Part shown: positions 53,301-60,394 of the stretch, one piece after another | Position numbering within the stretch: the first letter of the stretch is position 1 | How the letters are laid out: each line of letters begins with the position of its first letter | Source of the DNA: Candidatus Aphodosoma sp. | GTDB taxonomy: Bacteria; Bacteroidota; Bacteroidia; Bacteroidales; Paludibacteraceae | Assembly (NCBI GenBank): GCA_051870785.1 | Contig: JBJECF010000058.1 | Span: 37,601-101,600 of the forward strand | Direction of reading: 5' to 3' | DNA: 64,000 nt | Translations under genes and position numbers: made by a program | Notes under the pieces: model-generated | What the model was told of the DNA's origin: nothing | What the model saw: the letters and a program-made list of their open reading frames with translations, nothing else | The model's database searches: none

Positions 53301-54616
53301 GAGACGTCTTCGGCAGAGTAACCGACATAGCACTAATCCCTTCGGAACAGCTTGGACGCCCGCGCATCGATGTAGTGGTACAAACCAGCGGACAGCTTCG
53401 CGACATTGCCGCCTCCAGGCTATTCCTTATATCACGAGCAGTGGAAATGGCAGCCGCTGCCAAAGACGATAGTTACGACAACTACGTAGCTAAAAGCGTA
53501 TTAGATGCAGAAAAAATATTAATAGATAAAGGGCTCTCACCAAAAGAGGCACGAGACATATCCACCTACCGCATCTTCGGCGGAGTGAATGGCAACTACG
53601 GAACCGGAATAACCAATATGGTACAAAGTAGTGACAGCTGGGAGAGTAGAGACGAAATAGCCAAACAACACATCCAAAACATGGGCGCATTCTACGGAAA
53701 AGAGAACGCATGGGAGCAGGTACAACAATATGCCCTGGAAGCCGCCCTTGCCAATACCGATGCCGTAATACAACCGCGCCAAAGCAATACTTGGGGAGCA
53801 TTAAGTCTCGACCACGTCTACGAATTTATGGGAGGAATGAACCTCGCAATAAGTAATGTAACGGGCAAAGAACCGGATGCCTACATGAGCGATTACCGAA
53901 ACCGCAATAATATGAAAATGCAAGAGCTGAAAGAAGCCATCGGTGTAGAAAGCCGTACTACAATATTCAACCCGAACTACATCAGTGAAAAAATTGAAGG
54001 AGGAGCTAGTTCTGCCGCAAATTTTGCAGAGATTACACAAAATATGTATGGATGGAATGTTATGAAACCCGAAGCCATTGACAATGAGATGTGGGACGAG
54101 CTATATAATGTATATATCGACGATAAATTCAACCTCAACGTACAAGACTACTTCGAAAAGCAAAACCCATATGCTATGCAAGAGATGACCGCCGTCATGA
54201 TGGAAACTGCACGCAAAGGAATGTGGCAAGCAACAGATGAGCAACTAAAACAATTAGCACAGCTACATACCGATTTAATTAACAAACACAAACCCGCTTG
54301 CTCTGAATTCATTTGTAACAACCTTAAATTACAGGACTTCATTTCGGAAAAAGTAAACCCAAATACCGCCAAGAAGTACAAGAAAAACATTAACAACGTA
54401 CGTGAAATATCTGCCTCAAGTGATAAAAACATAGTTCTCAAAAAAGAGGAGATGAAGTCGGACGACAAAATAACTGCAATAATAAACAACACGGTGATAG
54501 CGGTATCGGTTTTAGCAGCGATAATATTACTAATATTATTGATACGCAAACGACGCAATAATCTAAAAAAGGATGGAAACGGTAATAACAATAATAATGA
54601 TACTAATCTGCTGTAA
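50333..54616 (+). CDS. hmuS: CobN/magnesium-chelatase-family protein (HmuS-like)
   Basis: 1427 aa. CobN signature IIHFGTHGSLEFTPQK...YIYSIGDVGEGMIAKRRSYSTIISHLTPPF. N- and C-terminal TM anchors. Confidence 0.88.
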   Translation: MKRKITIIGSIVALLIIIAVVLWKIWFSATQIAFINYQVITLGQIAKANDSRQIKVSVLDIEELNKIDKYDMVLINGMGLRITADQREAIQVAADGGIPVITTMATNPANEIISLDSINTATIKKYLYYGGRRNYRNMLLYIRRNIDGKKFGVKVPEKPIELEQKQFYHIDPSNPEEDELNFGSVNEYEDFLQEHNLLNTTSPHIIITGQMGEAKDLVAELEKTGNVVYCIRNIKDALLNRQADSIQPNAIINMAHGRVGDELVHYLTQHNIPLFSPLNVNRLTEEWEEDRQGMNGGFLSQSIVMPEIDGAIRTYALFGHYTDKEGLQHIYAIPERLTSFVETVNKHIALQNKPNSQKRVAIYYYKGPGQNALTATGMEVGSSLYNLFTKMKDEGYKIDNLPESAKALEQLIQRQGAIFNSYAVGVKAEYLKTSNPAIITEEEYSKWTKASIRPEKMEEVIVIDGEFPGTYMQTDEGAMALPRVELGNIVLLPQPPAGRGDDEFAIVHGTNAAPPHIYVASYLWSRYGFGADVIIHFGTHGSLEFTPQKQVALSGKDWPDALIGSTPHLYIYSIGDVGEGMIAKRRSYSTIISHLTPPFMESEVRDIYKDLSAAIQQYNNLLYDEKKPDTEKAAMKVKELVVKLGIHRELRLDSVLDKPYTEQEISKIENFAEELANEKITGKLYTMGEAYSPERIESSVYAMTIEPLAYSLLALDKYHGKKTENIEKHKTLFTKNYVTPATKLVKDIIKNNESISDKRICEIAGITMEELTKAREITLSANAPQKMLEMMMTMSTTADVGKHKDVIKEKEGKMKHPSFIPKIGKRPKSTYNKEEKESPANMPPIVGLNQYTKEEKEFARVINELERSIRNVEEYNLALKNSPEYEFSSLLNAMNGGYTAPSPGGDPIRNPNAVPTGRNLYAINAETTPSETAWEQGKKLAENTIKMYKSRHNDSVPRKVSYTLWSGEFVETEGATIAQILYMLGVEPVRDVFGRVTDIALIPSEQLGRPRIDVVVQTSGQLRDIAASRLFLISRAVEMAAAAKDDSYDNYVAKSVLDAEKILIDKGLSPKEARDISTYRIFGGVNGNYGTGITNMVQSSDSWESRDEIAKQHIQNMGAFYGKENAWEQVQQYALEAALANTDAVIQPRQSNTWGALSLDHVYEFMGGMNLAISNVTGKEPDAYMSDYRNRNNMKMQELKEAIGVESRTTIFNPNYISEKIEGGASSAANFAEITQNMYGWNVMKPEAIDNEMWDELYNVYIDDKFNLNVQDYFEKQNPYAMQEMTAVMMETARKGMWQATDEQLKQLAQLHTDLINKHKPACSEFICNNLKLQDFISEKVNPNTAKKYKKNINNVREISASSDKNIVLKKEEMKSDDKITAIINNTVIAVSVLAAIILLILLIRKRRNNLKKDGNGNNNNNDTNLL

Positions 54617-55268
54617 TTTCCTCTTCAAGCAGACATTTGAAAAAATAATCCCCATAGCGTGCACATCGGTAGTATGTGCACTCTTTGTCGGACTATCATG
54701 GCATTACGCCATAGAACAATCGAAATCTCAAATAGCCGACCTATTGGCAAACAGCACCCTGATGCTCGACATAGCAGTACTAATAGCCATTGATATAACA
54801 CTACAGTTAACCTACTGTATATTAACTACAAAAAGCCTTACATTATACAACGAAAAGCCGGTATCGAGATGGAAAATAATACTGCTTAAGGTGATTTCCG
54901 GAGTGCAGATATTCCCTATCTTATTCTACATATTAGCATTGATGATATTCAAACTACCGGGCGTGTCATTCTCATTGACAGCATGGATACTAGCATGTGT
55001 AGTACTTATTACGATACCACTATTCACATGGATAATAAAGAAAATACTGCCGGAAAAAGATATCCGACTCGAGCTGATATTTCATATTAACATAATAATA
55101 GGGATATTAGGGATAGTATCTACCATGAACGGGCGAACCGCCATAGCCGGAGTAGATGAATTAAATCTAAAAGCATTTGCCTGCATAATCATACTTATCG
55201 TGGCAGGAATTATTGGCGGAACTATTATTTACAAAATTAAAACAAAACATAAAATTAAAAACTTATAA
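54573..55268 (+). CDS. hmuT: Polytopic membrane protein (HmuT position)
   Basis: About 6 TM helices and no soluble domain. The assignment is by position between the CobN-like and MotA/ExbB-like genes, as in the P. gingivalis hmu locus. It overlaps the hmuS 3' end by 44 nt. Confidence 0.5.
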   Translation: METVITIIMILICCNFLFKQTFEKIIPIACTSVVCALFVGLSWHYAIEQSKSQIADLLANSTLMLDIAVLIAIDITLQLTYCILTTKSLTLYNEKPVSRWKIILLKVISGVQIFPILFYILALMIFKLPGVSFSLTAWILACVVLITIPLFTWIIKKILPEKDIRLELIFHINIIIGILGIVSTMNGRTAIAGVDELNLKAFACIIILIVAGIIGGTIIYKIKTKHKIKNL

Positions 55269-55270
55269 CA

Positions 55271-55867
55271 ATGAATTACATTTCAAACATCTTGTATTGG
55301 ATATCAACAGGCTTACTAATACCTGTTGTAGTATTACTCATCTATCTGTTTTTACGAGCCTTGCTACTTATCGGAGCTTTTTTCGGACAATATCTTACGG
55401 TACGTCGCACAAATGCCGTTATCAACAAAGAATTGGATAATACCAATATGAAAAATATCAACACCCTCGCAGAGCGATTACCAAAGGGTAGCACGTCATT
55501 ATCAGTCCATTATATGCAACGCATATGCAAAGCGGAAAATGAGGCAGTACGCACGCGCATCATCTCCGATTTCGAAGTGTGTGCCGACAAAGACCTTTCA
55601 AAATCCAAGACGTTACTTAAGATGGGACCACTACTCGGATTAATGGGTACACTTATACCGATGGGACCGGCACTTGTAGGACTTGCTACAGGAGATATAG
55701 CTTCAATGGCTTATAATATGCAAGTGGCATTTGCAACTACCGTAATAGGACTATTTGCTGCATCAATAGGCTTCATTACCCAGCAGATAAAACAACGCTG
55801 GTATTTCCGAGATATCAACAACCTCGAATTCATTGCAGAACTACTTAATAAAACGGAGAAGAAATGA
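55271..55867 (+). CDS. hmuU: MotA/TolQ/ExbB proton-channel family protein (HmuU position)
   Basis: GPLLGLMGTLIPMGPALVGLATGD and 3 TM helices are typical of the MotA/TolQ/ExbB family. Confidence 0.8.
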   Translation: MNYISNILYWISTGLLIPVVVLLIYLFLRALLLIGAFFGQYLTVRRTNAVINKELDNTNMKNINTLAERLPKGSTSLSVHYMQRICKAENEAVRTRIISDFEVCADKDLSKSKTLLKMGPLLGLMGTLIPMGPALVGLATGDIASMAYNMQVAFATTVIGLFAASIGFITQQIKQRWYFRDINNLEFIAELLNKTEKK

Positions 55868-56193
55868 GAAAACACAGACTACTGAATAGTGATGAAGATA
55901 ACGACCCGATGAGCATTGTAAGTAACCTCTTCGACGTGGCAATGGTATTTGCCGTGGCACTAATGGTAGCACTCGTAAGTCATTATAACATGACGGAAAT
56001 GTTCAGCAAAGAAGACTTTACAATGGTAAAAAATCCGGGAAAAGAAGATATGGAAATCATAGTTAAAGAGGGAGAAAAAATCAACCACTACATACCATCT
56101 CAAGACCAAGAACATAAAAACGGCAAGAAAGGTAAAAAAGTAGGAATAGCTTACGAATTGGAAAACGGAGAGATAATTTACGTACCGGAATAG
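55864..56193 (+). CDS. hmuV: DUF2149-like small membrane protein (HmuV position)
   Basis: DPMSIVSNLFDVAMVFAVALMVALV is a single TM segment resembling DUF2149. ATGA overlap with the upstream gene. Confidence 0.55.
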   Translation: MRKHRLLNSDEDNDPMSIVSNLFDVAMVFAVALMVALVSHYNMTEMFSKEDFTMVKNPGKEDMEIIVKEGEKINHYIPSQDQEHKNGKKGKKVGIAYELENGEIIYVPE

Positions 56194-56317
56194 ATCAGAA
56201 CTACTCTTTTTTATCTGATTAAAGAAAAAGGAATTTACACAAGAATACCCAACAAAAGAATAGCAATAGTATAAAACAAGTCACAAAGAGAAGTATATAG
56301 GGAAAATGGAGGGCACC

Positions 56318-57247
56318 TCAACGGTGCGGAAACTTAAGTTTTGGAAACATCTTACGAATACGCACTAAATAACCGGACATATTGCCTCCTGCAACTACCA
56401 TAGAAACGGCAACAATAATAAGCACGAAACCAATACATTCGCGCACCGTGAGAGTTTCGCCGAAAATGGTAATACCGAAAAATACAGCAGTTACCGGCTC
56501 AAGAGCACCGAGAATAGCTGTAGGAGTAGGCCCTATATACTTTATGGCATAAGTGGTACAAACAAGCGAGATGATAGTTGGGAATACTGCCAATGCCAAT
56601 AAATTCAACCATAAATACCAATGAGTAGGAGTAGTTAACTCCCCTTGATATATCAAAACGGAAATAAGTAATAAAGACCCAAAGAAGAGAACATATAATA
56701 TTACCTTTATAGTAGCCACATTATTGAGCGACGACTTATTCATAAGAACGATATAAATAGCATAAGAGAGAGAAGAAGCAAAAACAAGAATAGTACCCGT
56801 AATGCTAAGTGTTGTACCATCTTCCGCCTTATAAAGCAGAGCAATACCGGTAAGGGCGAGTATCAAACAGAGGATAATCTGAACGGATAATTTTTCACGA
56901 AAAAAGAGCACCATAATAAATGCCACCATGATAGGATATACAAAAAGAAGCGTAGAAGCAATACCGGCATCCATAAAAAGGTAACTTTTAAAAAGCATAA
57001 TCGACGACAAAGCCATTAAAATTCCCAAAACAAAAAGAGGAAACAATTGCCGCTTTTCAACCAGGAAATAATGTCCGCGGAAAAAGAGCATCAATGCCAA
57101 CAAAGGAATAGCAAAAATGTATCGGAAAAGCAATACCGATACAGGCTCCATGCCATCGGAATATAAAGGCAAAGCAAACAGCGGATTCATACCGTATGTT
57201 ATTGCAGAGATGGCTCCGAAAATATATCCTTTCGCTTTATCGTTCAT
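56318..57247 (-). CDS. DMT-superfamily (EamA-like) transporter
   Basis: 10 TM segments in two EamA-like halves. ATG at 57247 (MNDKAKGYIFGAISAITYG) is preferred over the track start at 57313. Confidence 0.8.
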   Translation of the reverse strand: MNDKAKGYIFGAISAITYGMNPLFALPLYSDGMEPVSVLLFRYIFAIPLLALMLFFRGHYFLVEKRQLFPLFVLGILMALSSIMLFKSYLFMDAGIASTLLFVYPIMVAFIMVLFFREKLSVQIILCLILALTGIALLYKAEDGTTLSITGTILVFASSLSYAIYIVLMNKSSLNNVATIKVILYVLFFGSLLLISVLIYQGELTTPTHWYLWLNLLALAVFPTIISLVCTTYAIKYIGPTPTAILGALEPVTAVFFGITIFGETLTVRECIGFVLIIVAVSMVVAGGNMSGYLVRIRKMFPKLKFPHR

Positions 57248-57469
57248 TTTCAATAGATGTTTTGTTAAATTATCACCATCCTCGCTCGGGGATAACCCAA
57301 GCACTCTCGTCATTTACGTCGCTCTATCGTAAAATTTTATAATAACAAAAAGAAGCACAACCGGAGAAGATAGTAGAGCCACTACATAAAAATCATAAGA
57401 CTTTGTAATAGCAAAAAGCAATACCCTCCTTCCCTCTTTAAGAATAATATTGCGCTTTATAGAGCTCAC

Positions 57470-57495
57470 AAAAAAAGAGCGTAAAACAAGCTCTT
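57470..57495 (-). terminator. Rho-independent terminator of tRNA-Asp
   Basis: Stem AAGAGC / GCTCTT with a 9-nt loop. On the minus strand it is followed by T7 (plus-strand A-run 57470..57476). Confidence 0.55.
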
Positions 57496-57521
57496 CACTT
57501 GACTTACACTCTATTTATTTG

Positions 57522-57595
57522 CGGTATGGACGGGACTCGAACCCGCGACCCCATGCGTGACAGGCATGTATTCTAACCAGCTGAACTACCACACC
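57522..57595 (-). tRNA. tRNA-Asp (anticodon GTC)
   Basis: Minus strand reads GGTGTGGTAGTTCAGCTGGTTAGAATACATGCCTGTCACGCATGGGGTCGCGGGTTCGAGTCCCGTCCATACCG. Acceptor stem is 7 bp (one G-U), the anticodon loop is CTGTCAC, and the T-loop is GGTTCGAGTCC. CCA is not encoded. Confidence 0.93.
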
Positions 57596-57634
57596 AAATT
57601 CGCTGAGCGAACCATCTTTCCGTCGAAAGCGTTG

Positions 57635-57665
57635 CAAAGGTACAACTATTTTTGATACTGACAAA
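57635..57665 (-). promoter_or_regulatory. Bacteroidota promoter (-7 TACCTTTG, -33 TTTG) for tRNA-Asp
   Basis: Plus strand CAAAGGTA at 57635..57642 and CAAA at 57662..57665 with a 19-nt spacer, 40 nt upstream of the tRNA 5' end. Confidence 0.45.
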
Positions 57666-57862
57666 AATTTTTCGGCATTATTTTGAAATATTTTTGATAT
57701 ACAAGTATATCACATTGATTATAAGGGTATTATAAGTATTTCGACATAAAGAAATATTTCCTAAATAAGAGAAAAAAACTACTGTTTAAGGCATATTTTC
57801 TTATGCAAAGGAAATAATTTACGCAGTGAAATGGCGATAAAACTAAATAATGAAGTAAAAAA

Positions 57863-58246
57863 TCACTTCACCCAAGGGAGATTTTGTCGTTGCCAAGCCA
57901 AGAAACCGCCACCTAAATCAAACACTTTAAAGCCGTATTTCTGCATAACTACAGCGGCATTATTGCTTCGGCGACCGCTACGGCAATATACATAATAGGT
58001 CTTTTCCTTATCAAGCTTCTCTATACCGGCATTAAAAGTGGCAGTATCGAGAAAATTAAGTAATATTGCACCCTCTATATGTCCGGCAGCAAACTCCTCA
58101 GGGCGACGCACATCAAGAATGACTCCATCTTTATCCTCGTTGATAGCAACGGAAAACTCTTCTGCCGTCAGCACCTTTACGCTATTCTGCGATTTGCATC
58201 CGAAAAAAAACATAAAAAACAAAAGTAATAAAACCGATTTCTTCAT
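57863..58246 (-). CDS. Rhodanese-domain sulfurtransferase, exported/lipoprotein
   Basis: Signal peptide with FFGC. Active-site loop YCRSGRRS. 127 aa. Confidence 0.85.
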   Translation of the reverse strand: MKKSVLLLLFFMFFFGCKSQNSVKVLTAEEFSVAINEDKDGVILDVRRPEEFAAGHIEGAILLNFLDTATFNAGIEKLDKEKTYYVYCRSGRRSNNAAVVMQKYGFKVFDLGGGFLAWQRQNLPWVK

Positions 58247-58308
58247 ATACAGAGAAAAAAGTGTGAAGAAGAGTATTCCTCCGCCTCACACAAAATTATT
58301 TTATTGAT

Positions 58309-58971
58309 TTATTTAGAAAAAATTCTCCAGACCAAAGCGGCAAGAGCACCACCAACAAAAGGACCGACAATAAATACCCAAAGTTGATTAAGAGCAACGC
58401 CACCCTCAAAGATAGCAGGACCTATAGAGCGAGCCGGATTTACGGAAGTACCGGTATAATGAATACCTACAAGGTGGATAAGAATGAGAGTAATACCGAT
58501 GGCAAGACCGGCGAAATTACCGGCACCGACTTTAGAATCGGTAGAGCCAAGAACTACGAGTACGAAAATAAACGTCAACACAATTTCTACGATAAGGCCG
58601 TTAACAACGCCACCTGCACAGCTATTTGCACCGGTAGTAGTGCCTTGAGCAAGCTCGGGAGCTGTTTGTACAAAAGCGTAAAGCACGCAAGAAGCCAATA
58701 TTGCACCAATAACTTGGAAAAGCATATACATGCCGGCATCTTTACAAGAGATACGTTTAGTAAGAAGGCAACCGAGAGTAATAGCCGGATTAATATGGCA
58801 ACCACTGATACCGCCTATTGTATAAGCCATTGCAATAACTGCAATACCGAAAGCCATAGAAGTACCGACAACAGAAGCGGCATCAACGCCACAATTAAGA
58901 CTTACTGCTGCACCACAGCCAAGTAAAGTCAATACAAAAGTACCGATTAATTCTGCTAAATACTTTTTCAT
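58309..58971 (-). CDS. aqpZ: Aquaporin (MIP family, AqpZ-like)
   Basis: Two NPA boxes (HINPAITL and SVNPARS) and 6 TM segments in 220 aa. Confidence 0.92.
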   Translation of the reverse strand: MKKYLAELIGTFVLTLLGCGAAVSLNCGVDAASVVGTSMAFGIAVIAMAYTIGGISGCHINPAITLGCLLTKRISCKDAGMYMLFQVIGAILASCVLYAFVQTAPELAQGTTTGANSCAGGVVNGLIVEIVLTFIFVLVVLGSTDSKVGAGNFAGLAIGITLILIHLVGIHYTGTSVNPARSIGPAIFEGGVALNQLWVFIVGPFVGGALAALVWRIFSK

Positions 58972-59104
58972 GAGAATAATGTTTTAGTTAAAAATGTTAT
59001 TGTTAGGAAATCAAAGGAGACCATTAATTCATTTCGCTGAAACGACAAGAGTATCCTAAGACGGATTAATTATGCTAAAAAGGAACTGATTAACCTTGAT
59101 ATAA

Positions 59105-59662
59105 TCAGTTGTATTTTTTATTAAAAACCTCGGAAGCGATAAAGGCAGCACGTACTTTATCCGGATTGCTGAAATCAACGGCATCGGTAATCAAACTATC
59201 TTCAACATCACTATTATCGTCAGAAGTATCAATAATTTTGGATTTACCATTCCCGGGCATGCGATAATTAGAGTCTACTTTTTGTGAAGTAGATCTGGTA
59301 ACAGGGTCAAAAGAGGTAGAAGCATTTCGCTTAGTCTTACGTTTTCGCTCCGCCTCTGCTTGTTGTTGTTTTTTAATCATCATATCGTTGATATGACGAG
59401 TATATTCAGCCGGGTATCTACGCTTAATCTCCTCTTCGGACATTACTTTAATTAGTTCGTCGTAATTGAAATCATCGAAAGATCTGCGGTCGTCATCATT
59501 AGAAACAACGTCTCTTTTGACATTCTTATTTGAAGACTGTCGGGAGGCAGAAGTACTCGTTTTTTTATTAACACCGTCTTTATCAACTTGTTGTGTCTTT
59601 ACTTTAGCCACAAATTTTATTACGATATAAAGTACTAATACAAAAATCCAGAATATTTTCAT
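59105..59662 (-). CDS. Hypothetical membrane-anchored, highly charged protein
   Basis: N-terminal TM segment MKIFWIFVLVLYIVIKFVA, then Lys/Arg/Asp/Ser-rich low complexity. -7 motif TAAATTTG (plus 59700..59707) 38 nt upstream. Confidence 0.5.
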   Translation of the reverse strand: MKIFWIFVLVLYIVIKFVAKVKTQQVDKDGVNKKTSTSASRQSSNKNVKRDVVSNDDDRRSFDDFNYDELIKVMSEEEIKRRYPAEYTRHINDMMIKKQQQAEAERKRKTKRNASTSFDPVTRSTSQKVDSNYRMPGNGKSKIIDTSDDNSDVEDSLITDAVDFSNPDKVRAAFIASEVFNKKYN

Positions 59663-59936
59663 ATCATCAATACATTAAAAAGGATAATATAGTAGGGTGC
59701 AAATTTATAAATTTTATTTTGAATTGAGAAATGAAAAGGGGAAATAATTTTTCTAATAAATTGAGTATGTTATTTAATAAGAAAAGGCGGATAAATTTAT
59801 TTATAAAGTATGAGCCCACTGAAAGCAACTTCATAAAGATACTATTTTACAGAAAATCCCGATTAGTTATAGTACCAATCGGAACAAATTCGTCTTATCT
59901 ATACGCCGAAAAAATAGGATAACGGAAAAAGTAATC

Positions 59937-60065
59937 TTACTGTATTGTAATTTCTACGCGACGGTTTCTTGAACGCCCCTCTTCAGTTCTGTTAGTATCT
60001 ATAGGTTGTCGCATTCCTTTTCCTTGCCACTTCATACGACTAGGATCGATTCTTAAATAGCTGAT
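59937..60065 (-). pseudogene. Remnant (last ~42 codons) of an OmpA-family peptidoglycan-binding protein gene
   Basis: Minus-strand translation ISYLRIDPSRMKWQGKGMRQPIDTNRTEEGRSRNRRVEITIQ-stop is the conserved C-terminal end of OmpA_C domains (...G-x-G-x-x-x-P...N-x-T-x-E-G-R-x-x-NRRVEI). An in-frame stop lies immediately upstream, and no N-terminal part is present. Confidence 0.6.
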
Positions 60066-60394
60066 TTATAATATTTTAATTAACGGAATAATTAGTAACA
60101 AAAAAATCGAAACAATATTTTTCTACCATTCCGATTTTGGGTGCAAAGTAATAAATAATTTTGCTAATAATAATGTGTTTTTAAAAAATTAAAAAATGAA
60201 GAATTTTTCTACTACTCATAATAGTAATAGAACCCAAGATTAATGGCAATATTTGAAGGAAGACTTAATCCATCACGGATTTTATTAAAGTATACTATTT
60301 TCGATTTAATGGTAAAGCGGTGAACTGGTGCTATATTATCAAAATAATTTTCTTTGTATTTCTATTTTATTCCCCTTGATACATTTCTTTTAAT

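Noticed and set aside
56194-56317. Weak hairpin (ATCAGA/TCTGAT) after the last hmu gene
   Set aside because: A 6-bp stem with a 14-nt loop is too weak to call a terminator.
58384-58926. 180-codon plus-strand ORF
   Set aside because: It is antisense to the aquaporin gene, which has both NPA boxes.
59731-59922. 63-codon plus-strand ORF
   Set aside because: Its product is Lys/Asn/Ile-rich, with no motif and no promoter-like element. It lies in the spacer next to the OmpA remnant and is likely spurious.
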